Shown here piece after piece: positions 25,236 to 36,402 of a DNA stretch of 64,000 bases (position 1 is its first letter; every line of letters starts with the position of its first letter). The translations under genes and the position numbers were made by a program. This stretch comes from Rhizophagus irregularis (lineage: Eukaryota): positions 3,348,001-3,412,000 of the forward strand of contig NC_089435.1 of assembly GCF_026210795.1 (NCBI RefSeq). The letters are read 5' to 3'. The notes under the pieces are model-generated. The model worked only from the letters and a program-made list of their open reading frames with translations, did not search any database and was not told where the DNA came from.

Positions 25236-26240
25236 ATGTCTACATCCAAAACCGAACCATCTATCCCTTACGGAAAATACTTTGAATTCTTTCCACCAAA
25301 AGTATGGTCATTACAACACTTTAGTGCAATGATCAACGAATACTATGAAAATACAGATAAGAGGAATATTAATAACGCATTTTATAAAGCACTAAAGGAT
25401 GTTGAAAATAATCAAACTTTTACAGAAGAAGCTAGTCAAATTGCTAAAGAGCTCATAAAGAAGAAAAGGGTAAGTACAATATGGTGAAAATAAGATTTGT
25501 GCCCCTTGCTTGCGTTCCGTTCCCAAAAGGTGTTGTACAGTGGTCACCTTAGGTGCACATTTTCTAGGTGTCTATTCACCGGCTCTTGTCACTTCACATT
25601 GCGTTCCGTCCCCAATGAGTTGCTACAAGTTCTGAGGGCACCTGGTAAGTGCAGTAGGTTGTCAACATTAGTTTCTTTGATAAAGGTCTATTGATTCTGG
25701 AGGTAGATTCAATTATGTACCTTCCTTTATATACAACAAAAAGCTAATCTGTTGGTATCTTCTGCATCTGACCATTATTATCCTAATTTTATCTGATTTT
25801 ACTTATTATGAAAATATTTCTCACCTGATCTTGCTTTCTAAATAGGATATTAAAGAAATAAGTACAAAGCAAAACTTAACAACTATGGAAGCAGATACAA
25901 ATAGTTCATCCACCTCAAAAAAGAGAAAAATCATGTAGCAGTCAGGTAAGTAATGTTCAAACTACAGAATTGGTTGATATGTTTAATAAGCAGGAGATAA
26001 TATAAAATAGTTGAATACTATACTCCTTGCATATTATATTAACAGATTCCTTGGCAGCTAATATTACAATCACTATATGCATTTTTGTTTTCAGATCTTA
26101 TTAGCTTAAAAGATGCATTATCTTACATCCCACCTAATATCACCTACTCTCCTTATGGAACTTCCTCCAAGAGTACTACAAAAGTAGGTGGTAAACTACC
26201 AAAAAAGGTTCTATTGTGGAACAATTTTATATCACTTGAA
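25236..26240 (+). pseudogene. Truncated locus of an AMF-expanded effector-like family (helical N-terminal exon plus downstream remnants)
   Basis: Exon 1 (25236-25469) reads MSTSK..YGKYFEFFPPKVWSLQHF..AFYKALKDV..AKELIKKKR followed by GTAAGT. The next exon (about 25846) DIKEIS..KKRKIM stops. A later exon (about 26095) reads LISLKDALSYIPPNITYSPYGTSSKSTTKVGGKLPKKVLLWNNF and then breaks off. The family assignment is from recall only. Confidence 0.5.
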
Positions 26241-26770
26241 TCAAATTCTTTCATTTACTAGGGTAAAGATTTTCCGTCTCATATAATTCTTCAAATACCA
26301 TGTCTGGCATTTCATGTGCCCAATTTCCAGCTGCAGGAAGATATTCTCTCCATTTGAACCGTAAATCCGAGGAACTGGAGTTAAAAATGGGACGTAATTG
26401 GCACATCAAGCGTTGGATTTTCCTAATTGTCAGTGTAAATCACTAAATTACTACTCGTATTGAGTGTACATGAAAATCCTTTGCTTCACTTTGGACAATA
26501 ATCTAATTTACCATTACCAGGAATATTTTTACATCAAATGCTCAAAAATTTGGCTTATGTTCATTAGGATATTTACATTTATGGCTTGATGAACAATTTC
26601 TTCATTTGTTTATCTTAAATTTTAATGAATTGTTGTTCCTTGGCTGGTTGCTTATTATCAAAATGATGGTACATTTTCCATATTAAAGATATTTTCCTAC
26701 GATCGAACTTTTTTGGTGGTTTGCTATCTACCTCCACAGTATTTTTGAGGAAGTTCCATAAGGAGAGTGA
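26240..26770 (-). pseudogene. Degenerate inverted paralogous fragment of the same family
   Basis: The reverse complement of 26768-26695 aligns with 26146-26222 (identical 22-mer ACTCTCCTTATGGAACTTCCTC). It continues as frameshifted coding-like sequence (..NEEIVHQAINVNILMNIS..). Confidence 0.5.
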
Positions 26771-27199
26771 TTATTATTTAAATAAATACTAATAATAGCT
26801 GGAGAAAAAAGCCTAGGGGAGTCCTTAGAATTTTTTAATACTTTTTAAAGTTGATATTACTTAGAGAAAATCTGACATTACCAATTTTTTAGATTAGTTG
26901 AAATTAAATAACTTTTATTACAAACAAATTTGGGATAGCAAACCTGATTCCATTATTAGAAATTTTTTTTTTTTATTATAAAAAATACACTTTATTTGGT
27001 CAAAGTGAAATAATTACACCATCATTAAGGAACTTTGAAAATATGAATTGAATAATTCTTTTTAAATCTTGATCAGATCAAGTGAAAAATATGACTAATA
27101 ATAAGTCAATGACTAAAACTCAAAGAAAGGAAGAAAGTATGGTATCCACTCGACAACTTTATCAAACAAATCATAGGTGCTTAATTGTGAATAAAATCA

Positions 27200-28306
27200 T
27201 CAATTATTTTATTTCCACTGGTCCAGTTTATAAAATCTTACTGTTTAGCTCATTTTCGTCTTTTCTCCATTTTTTTGTTTTCTTTTTGTCTCTTCATTTC
27301 TTTTGCCCTTTTTATTCGTCCCTTGCTTCGTTTTTTCTGTTGTTTTTTATTTCCTCTTCGTTCCTTTCGTCTTTTTCATTCTTTTACACTATTTTTCGTT
27401 CCTTTCATTTTTATTCCATTCCCACTTCATCTTTTTTGTTCCTTTGCACTATCCTTTGTTATTTTCATTTTTTTTCATTCCTTTTCATTCCTTTTGTTTC
27501 TTTCACTCTCCTTTTGCTCCATTTCGTTCCTCCATCACTCCCCTTCGTTTCTTTTATTCTCTTTTACTCTCCCTATTTTTCCATACCCTCATTTTTTTTG
27601 ATTAATTTTTTAGAAGTATTTTCGAAAAAACTTTAATATTATGAAATCACTACAAATATTTTTTATTATTTATAATCAACTAGGAAAAACATTTGAATAA
27701 TTAAATATATTAGAATCTATTCATTTCATTTATTACTATTCTTTTGGTATTTATTTTATTTGATAAATTATTAATTTAACTAAACTATTTGAATTAAAAT
27801 CTTTATTCAAAAATCTGGTGATTATTTAGACTATTTTAGAGAATTTCGGATATGGATTTGGTTGTAATAATCTATTATTAAATCAACAATTTCTTCAATT
27901 AATTAATTATAAAATATTGTAAAATATCAATTTTTTTGATTTTTATTTGACAATCAAACTATTTATCAGCGTTCAAAAAATTTTATATCAACGTCGGTCA
28001 ATTTTCCTATATGTTATATTGATTTTTTTTAAAAAATAATAATTTTGTAAATATATTTAATATAATATTTTATTCTTTAATTAATAATAAAAAAAAAGAA
28101 GAAAAAAAAATTAAAAAAAAATTAATAATAAAAAAAAAATTAAGGCAAAATTTTATTAACCGGAATTGGATTAGATGTACAACATGACTTGCCGATCAAG
28201 CGAGTCTTAACTATAAATAACATGTATCAGCAATTCAAAATTAATTTATACAGGCTAATCTAAACGTTATGGCTACACATTGTATTTTTTTTTTAGTTAT
28301 ATAGAT
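27200..28306 (-). mobile_element. Dispersed repeat, copy A (TC-rich tract plus shared blocks); possible non-autonomous Helitron
   Basis: Blocks 27600-27660 and 28231-28306 match 50028-50089 and 50494-50566. Both copies end sharply at TTTTAGTTATATAGAT (minus strand A^TCTATATAACTAAAA, like a Helitron 5' TC end). The left boundary is uncertain. Confidence 0.5.
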
Positions 28307-28419
28307 ATAGATTTATAACAATAAATGTTCAGTTACAACTCCTGTTTCTAATTTCAAGTTATTGCCTCGCATATAACAGTTTAGAACGCCCCGTCTAACT
28401 TGTTTAAATGAAAAATAAT

Positions 28420-28700
28420 ATCCAATGATTACTCGAGAATAAAATCACGCTGATCAGCGTTTAGAATTTACATAAACTACATTTGAAGGGTCGTTATCGT
28501 GATACATGAATTTTGATTGTAATTTTACTTAATTCTGTCGGTATAGAATTAATATTTCCTTGTAATAAAAAAAATATGGAAGGAATTTTCAAGTTAGGTA
28601 AATTAATATTATTAATATTTTAAGAAATATTAGAATTTAATTAATTGCAAATCATGAAAACTTTCATCAATACTTAGAAAAATTAGAGGAACGGTAAATA
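28420..28700 (+). repeat. Diverged tandem duplicate of the promoter, first micro-exon and first intron of the downstream TPR gene
   Basis: Shares AAATCAC.CTGATCAGCGTTTAGAATTTAC, TAATTTTACTTAATTCTGTCGGTATA and AATATGGAAGGAA..TCAAGT.AGGTAAATTA with 28841-29130. Confidence 0.85.
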
Positions 28701-29054
28701 AAGTTTACAATATCCTAGTTAGCATAAATAGAAAAGTTAATATAAATTATAGGATAGACATTTTTGGTATTTACAAATTGCATGTCCGTGGGAAAAATTT
28801 TTTTTTCTCCTAGTACTTGAAAAAAAAAAGTAAAAGAATAACCAATGAAATCACACTGATCAGCGTTTAGAATTTACGCCCAAATTTTTACAAATATTTG
28901 CGACACAACATTACATTAAATAAATACTGAAATAGTGTACACTTTTGAATGAGTACAAATTCACAGTTATCGTGTTACATACATTTTGATTATAATTTTA
29001 CTTAATTCTGTCGGTATAATAAAAATTTTCTTACTTCTTTTTGTAATAAAAAAT

Positions 29055-32000
29055 ATGGAAGGAAGTTCAAGTCAGGTAAATTATTTTTTTAAACAATATT
29101 AAAATTTAATTAATTGCATATCATTAAAACTATCTTTATATAATAACAGAGTGGAAATTCTTCTACCAATACTGCTTCTGGTAGCTTAGAAAATAACGAC
29201 CCTGTTTCATATAAAACGATTTTGTATGAAAATATGTCCAACAATCGTATCCTTCTCAAATTAGAAGAGGATGAATTCATTACTCCAGATGAAAAAGTAG
29301 AAGAACTTTTAAAAAATCTAACTAAACCAAGTTATTTGTATGCACTTAAATTACTTTTTGAAAATTTACAAAATGAATTTTCGTCTCAAGTTTTAGAAAA
29401 TTCATTAGAAGCTTTAGTTGATACTTCTTTTAAACATTATTCAAAAGAAAGTGTAGCTAGATTGGAATTACATTTAAGAATTTTGGTTACTGTTTTAGAA
29501 CGGATATGTTTTTCACCAATAGTACTTAGTAAAGAACTTCGAGATAAAGTTTATAATTCTTTAGCAAAATTTGCAGAAATTCATCGTAAAACAACTCAGG
29601 TTATCGAAATAGGACTTGATAATAATTTTAGGACAAATTTTAATCAATTCAATCAACAAAATAATGATCAAATTGCAATTAAAAAGCGTAATTATAATAT
29701 TGATTTTTTATTAATCCATTTACGAGATACTCTTCATAGTTTACGTGATGATGAAACTTGGTTTCAAGAAATTATACGAAGAACTAAAGATTTTCTTAAA
29801 GCTGCATTAAATATTACGCCAGGAATTTTATCAATAGCAGGAGTTACTCTCCCAAATGATAATTGTTCAATCTTATCACTGCTTACTCAAGTACGTCAGA
29901 GTTTAAGTTTTAAATATCCAGTAGCATCTTATTATGTAGATTGGAGAATTATGTTAATAATTCAACATAATCTTTTCATTTGGTCTGAAAGTGAAAAGAT
30001 TATAAGTAAAAAATTTGGAGAATTAGTATTAATGGAATATATTTGGAGTTTTTTGGAAAGAGAATGGGTTAATGCTGTGGACAAATCTATTTTAGATTCT
30101 CAAACAAAATTTGATGAAGTATCAAATAAAGTCGCTAAAGCTTTGAAAAATACTGGAGGCTTTTTAAATGAACTTGCTGGAAATGAACCTATAGCACTAC
30201 CACATATTTTGTGGTTTGGAATATTAGATCTTGCACAAAATCTTATCCAAAGATCATCTCGAATAGCAACATATGGTCTTTGTTATTATTTAGCAATTGA
30301 ATCACTTAATAAAGCACCAAGCAGTTTTATTCAGTTTAAATCTATTGAATTATTATTACATTTATATAATATTGATAATAAAATGTTTTCAATGATTGAA
30401 ATTGATTTTGATCAATACACACAAAAATTAAGTGAAAATAATTTGGAAGATTCTTTAGAAAAATTTCGAAATTTATTAACTTTTGTTAAAGAGAAATACC
30501 ATGAAGATTTAAAAATTCTAAGTAATAATACTGGAAAAGGAAAAGAGGGGAAAGGAAAAAAATCAAATCAAAATTCATATTTAAAGAAAGAACAAATATC
30601 AAATTCTAACATTTTAGATGTTATAGCAGATGAAATTACTTGTCCAATTAATAGTGAACCAACGGATCAATTATGTATTTTAAAATGCCAACATATGTTA
30701 GCATTAAACAATTTAAAAAAGTTGAAGCAAAAAATATGTCCCAATTGTCGAGAAAAAATTGAAGATAATGATATTAGATATTTATCACAAAATTCAATTT
30801 ATAAAAATTTATATACAAAATTTTTTGAATCTGGACATATTTTACCTTCAATTGAATTAGAAAATTCCGATCAATTATATGAAACTGACGATTCAGATAA
30901 TTCAGAAGTTGAACTCATATTAACTAAAAAAAAGAAATTTATGAATCCAATTATTAAATTTAATTCAAAAATATCATCCTCAATACTTTCAAGAATTACA
31001 AAAAAACAACATCCAACATATCAAAATATTATAAAAGAAATAAATGAAAAAAATTATGAAAAAGCTGAATCTTTATGCAAAGAATTTATAAATTTTTTTC
31101 CTAAAAGTTATTCATTAAGATGTATTTTAGCGTATATTTATAGATGTCTTAACAATTACGAACAAGCTCACTTTTTTTTAAAGGAAGCTATTGATTTAAA
31201 TCCAAAAAGATCAGTTGCTTATTTTATTTGTGGAGAAATATTTTTTAGACAAAATGATTATGGTGAAGCAATATATAATTTAAAAGAAACAAATTATTTA
31301 GAAAGGTCAATAATTTATAAAGCAAAAATAAATAACTCATATATATTACTCGGAAATAGTTACTTATTACGTGGTCATTATGCTGATTATGATGGTTATT
31401 ATGATGATGATGATGATTATGATGATTATGATGATTATACAGAAGCTATAAAAAATTATAATATTGCATTAAAAAATGATCCAAATAATTATTTATGTCT
31501 TAAAAATTGCGCATACGCTTATGAAATAAAAGAAGATTATTTAAGTACATTAAATTTATTAGATAAATTATTAAATATCAATAAGGAGGATTCTTTGGTT
31601 TTATGTTATTATGGAGAAAGTTTATATAATATGACACAATATAGAAAAGCTATATCATACTTTACAAAAGCTTATACTATAGATCCAGAAAACATTCATA
31701 ATTTGAATAGGAGAGCTATTACATACTATATTATTAAGGAATATGATAAAGTATTATCAGATCTTGATAAAATCATACAATTAGATCCATTAAATAGTTC
31801 AGCATATTATCTTAAAAGTTTAACGTATTATACAAAGAATGATAATAACAATGCTAAAGTATCATTTAAAAAGTATGCAGAATTATTGAATTCTGATAAT
31901 GATTTAGCAAAGGTTCATTTATTTTATCTAGAATACTTGCTAAATAATAATAGTTCTAAAGATTTAAACGATATATTAACAAAAATCGATCAAATTCATA

Positions 32001-33069
32001 ATTATAGTTCTTTTGAATATGAATTTCTACAGTTTATTAAATGCAAAATTTATATTGAATTAAAAGAGTATAGTAAAGCAAGACTAGCTTTAAATAATAT
32101 ATGGAACTTTGTATTTATTAGTTATATTATACAAGAGCATCCAGATTTTTGGTCATATTTATATGAAGTTTGTGAAATTAACAAAAATGATTTTACCGAA
32201 TTTGGAATTGTCGATGAATTTAGTAAATATATGTATGAAGGTAAGAAAATATTCAAATTATTTATTATCTTCTATTTAAGTTAATGATAATTAATATCTT
32301 AAACTCTTTAGAACATGATGTATATTTTGTTTCAATTCTTACAAATTTGAATAGTGAACTTTGTCAATTTCAAGAAAGTGATATAAGCAGGTAAAGTCTA
32401 CTCATAATAATACTTTAAGTCAAATACAAATTAATCATAATTTTAAAATTAAAGTTTATCAGGGCTGGTATTGTCTTCTAAAAATGGAAATCTTCGTTTG
32501 GTTTTGCCTATGCTAAAAAATTATAAGAATTATTTAATTTGTAAAATGAATGTCAAAAAAATATTATCTAAGGATTGCTTTATAAAATTTATAATCAATG
32601 ACGTAAGTTAATTAGTTAAAATCTCAATTATTTTATTTAATTTAAATTAATACTAACTTAATTATAGAATTATCAAGATTGTATGTTAAAACATAAAGAT
32701 GTATCAAAACTTGAGGGGTTAGGTTGGATAGAATATCAGATTTCAGAATATAGGCCACTTGATGTTCAACTTTCAATTGAAATAAATTCTATTGAAATGG
32801 TACGTTCCTATTTACTTATTCAGATTAATTTCCCCTTCAGAACAAAATATAATATTATTTTTTGATTCACATAGCAAATAGAATATATTCGATTTGGAAG
32901 TAATCCAAGAAAAGTAGCTTACATTCCCGACATGAGTTTTATAAGCTATTTGTTACCAGATTATCACAAATTTTTCTCAAATGTTCCAGAAACTTTCAAA
33001 GACAAGTATTTTTCAAGAAAAGAAATGGAAAATTTACTTGATTTAAAAGATATCCTTAACAGCTTATAA
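29055..33069 (+). CDS. Large protein (about 1,200 aa): helical N-terminal region + degenerate RING/U-box-like finger + TPR repeats + uncharacterised C-terminal domain
   Basis: Micro-exon MEGSSSQ (29055-29075) splices in frame (intron 29076-29149) to the 1020-aa ORF. Donor at 32241, then four short GT-AG exons to TAA at 33067-69 (..MENLLDLKDILNSL*). Finger motif CPINSEPTDQLCILKCQH..KICPNCR. TPR signatures include LAYIYRCLNNYEQA..AIDLNP, YGESLYNMTQYRKAISYF..AYTIDP and RAITYYIIKEYDKVLSDL..IQLDP. Confidence 0.88.
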
Positions 33070-33494
33070 TTATATACTTTTCTTAATATTATCATTTTTG
33101 CTATATTCAACATACTTCAGAAAATTTTTTAAATATTAAATAAAAAGAAAATCATTCGTTTCAAGAATTTATTATTGAATATTAAAATTGATACCTGTTG
33201 GAATTTACATCTACTCCTGGAAAAATGCACAAACAAATTTGTATGGTGTAGAATACTTCATAAAATGTTTAGTTACTCAACTTTATAGTAAGTGATAAAA
33301 TATTATATAAAACATTTATTCAAATTTTTAATTATATTAGTTAAATTTGACAGCCAATGTTTTGTTATTAAAGACAAGCATCACTGAATAAAATGTATCG
33401 TATATTAATTTATTTGATACAATAAATCTTTACTAGAAATAAATAAATAAATAAATAAATCTGCTATCCTTTATTAAAAAAAACCAATCATTAC

Positions 33495-33815
33495 TTTTAA
33501 CCAAACTTTAGGATTTAAATTCCATAGAATGTTTCAATTTTCAATAATATCAATAATATCATTAATATTTGATCTATTTAAAGGCGAATTATCCCAACAT
33601 TTTATCATTAAATCCGAAGTTCCTTTGATATCGAAAATTCATTACGTAATAATAATATATCATATTTTGGTATAACACTATAATTTGAATCTTCACTTTT
33701 TTCTTCAAAAGATTCTGAAAAATTCTTATAAAACGTTTCCGCTATGAAAATCGCGATGTACGTATAACTGCTACTTCTAATAATATAGGAATTGTCACCA
33801 GTTTCTAATCAAGCT
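33495..33815 (-). pseudogene. Heavily deleted protein-kinase remnant
   Basis: The minus strand reads VHRDFHSGNVL* ..NYSVIPKY.. DLMIKCWDNSPLNRSNINDII, i.e. subdomains VIb, VIII and XI compressed into about 300 bp. Confidence 0.7.
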
Positions 33816-36402
33816 GAAAATATTAGAATTTAGAAGGAAGTAAATGAGAGAGAGAAAGAAAATGAGAAAATTTTAACGATAAAAACGTTACGTATATCAT
33901 TTTTTTAGCATCAAAGTCACCCAACGTACAAAATCAATGTAATTGAATTTTTTATATATGTGCCAAAATTATTGTACCACAAAAAATTGCTTAACGTGAT
34001 TTTTTTTGAAAAACTAAAAATAAAGCATTAATAAAATTTGCAAACAATAAACTATTTAAATATTTTATTTATACAGTTATTTGGTTATGAGATACAACGA
34101 TTTGCACTTAATGCCGGCCAAAATGGCCATAATTTATAATTCTGGCCAGTGTAAAATTTTACGAAGTGGTACAATAATTATGGAAGTCACTGCATGATTA
34201 AAATCTCTCTATTCATGTTTTTAGTTAATAGAACTTGGTGCGCGACAGAGGTGCCAATTTTATAGGAAACCCGGCCAAATATTTTAAGATCGTTAATTCA
34301 AAAACTACTACGACCGATAATTCAAAGAATATATTATTTAATATAATACTTTTATATTTATCAGAAAAATAGAGACATTTTGAAAAATCAAGGAATTAAT
34401 ATTAGTATACTTTGAAAAAATAGTTAAAAGAGCAAAAAAAAACCAATTTATTGGTAAAAAAATTACGTGAAAAAAAAATGATTAATATGGTTTTATTTAT
34501 TCTGATAAATGTAATAGTTATTTATTTTCATATTCCACAGAACTTATTTATATCACGATTCCGATCAATATCTAAAGGTTTTATCATAATGGTAGAAAAT
34601 TAAGGAACTTTATGATTCTAAAAAACATTGAATCTAAAAGGTATGGTTTATGTATATTAATGTTATATAATTTATATAATAAAGTTAATAACAAAAGAAC
34701 CTTTGTATTTAATAATCATAATTTTATCTTTAAACACAATTATTCTACAGTTACACTAATCGATACTTTTGAGCTACTCAAAATTCCAACACACAAAATT
34801 TTATGATAATTAGTAATTATTACAAATCAGGAACCATGAGAAAATTAATGATGAGTGAAGACCATTTTGAGATAAAAAATGACGCAGATCTTATTATTGA
34901 AGGCAAATGCACCTGAATGTTTTATTGATTAATGCAACAATGTTGCTAAATGTTATAATATATATTTACTCCTTTTGGTAGCAAATTATATGATATTGGA
35001 TTTATAATAACAAATTATCCGGTCAGTTGCTATATATAAATTTATGTTTGTCATCTTTAACAGCTTATTTACAATTATAAAACTATTCTTTATTGATACA
35101 TGTTTGCTTTAGTCTTTATGAATAAGAAAGTTTAACAGTAATTTGGTTTAGAGAAGTTTTAACGGGAGTTTTTTTTCACTAAAATATTAACAACTTTATT
35201 CTTCAATTATTTAATAATAGTAAATAATTTCTAATAAAATTTTATTTCAAATAAAATTGTCCCAACTCATTGCATTTTTGTCCTTTATATTTATAATCAT
35301 ATGTACTAACTTGTTAAACTACCATAGAAAAAAAATGTAGTTTTTAAAGATATCAAATCTTACCGTATAAATTTATCGATCAGACGATCAGAACTGTAAA
35401 TAAATCTGGTGTAACAGGGCAAAATTTTAGGAGAATCTCATTATCAGTTTACATATAAATATAAAAAAGTAAAAAATATTAAAAAATTACAAAATTATAG
35501 ATAATGGGGAAGCAAACATTTTCAAAAAGTTTATGCCAGTAGTTTATAAATGAGCAAAGGTAAATTTTTAGCATAGTAGATATACAAAGTCAAATAAATT
35601 GTCATACAAATTCATCGCCACATCGAAATTTTCCAAATTTTATTATTTGAATAGTATACGTAATGAAAGAATGGTAAGATCTACCGATTATCGTTATAAT
35701 TTTATAATTTCTTTACTTCGATCCCTTATAAAACAATCTTAAAATGTAAATCCCAGTCTTACTTTTTTTTTTACTTTCACTGAACGCAGACAGTGTAACA
35801 ACATTAAATGAAAACATCATAGTGAATTTGGTAGATTAGAGCGAGGGAGGTATAAGATTTATCTTATACTTTTTATGTGTTTCTTTTTTGTTATTATATA
35901 TAACTATCTTACTGTACGTAGCTCCTAATAAAGAAAAGTGTGTTTGTAAAAAAAATTTTTTGTTCACTTACCGATCTTTATTATGTAAGGAAAATTTTAC
36001 ATATTATTCTATAATCGGTGTTAAATATTGTTATAACTGTTAGATAAAAATCATTTTATAATATTTTAATAAGTATTAAAGTTAGAAAATAAATTTCTTT
36101 TATTTATAATATAAATATTGTTAAAATATGAAAAATCAAAATATAATAAAACTGCGATCACTACTGCTACTTCTTTCGCGGCTACTTATTTAAATCTAGA
36201 GGATATTCCGGAAATTTGTAAATCATAGCTAAAAAATTCCTATTATCTCTGAAAAAATTTTATAATAATAATTGTCATTTTAACTTAAAGTTTTAAATAA
36301 CTATTTCCAGGAAAATGATTATAAGCTATAATGTTAAATAAGAATGAGAGATAAGATAAGTAAAAAAAAAGAAGTGCAATCAAAACAAAATAAAAATACA
36401 AC

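Noticed and set aside
27082..27636. Overlapping Phe/Leu/Ser-rich ORFs in three frames
   Set aside because: Artefacts of a TC-rich low-complexity tract that lacks stop codons.
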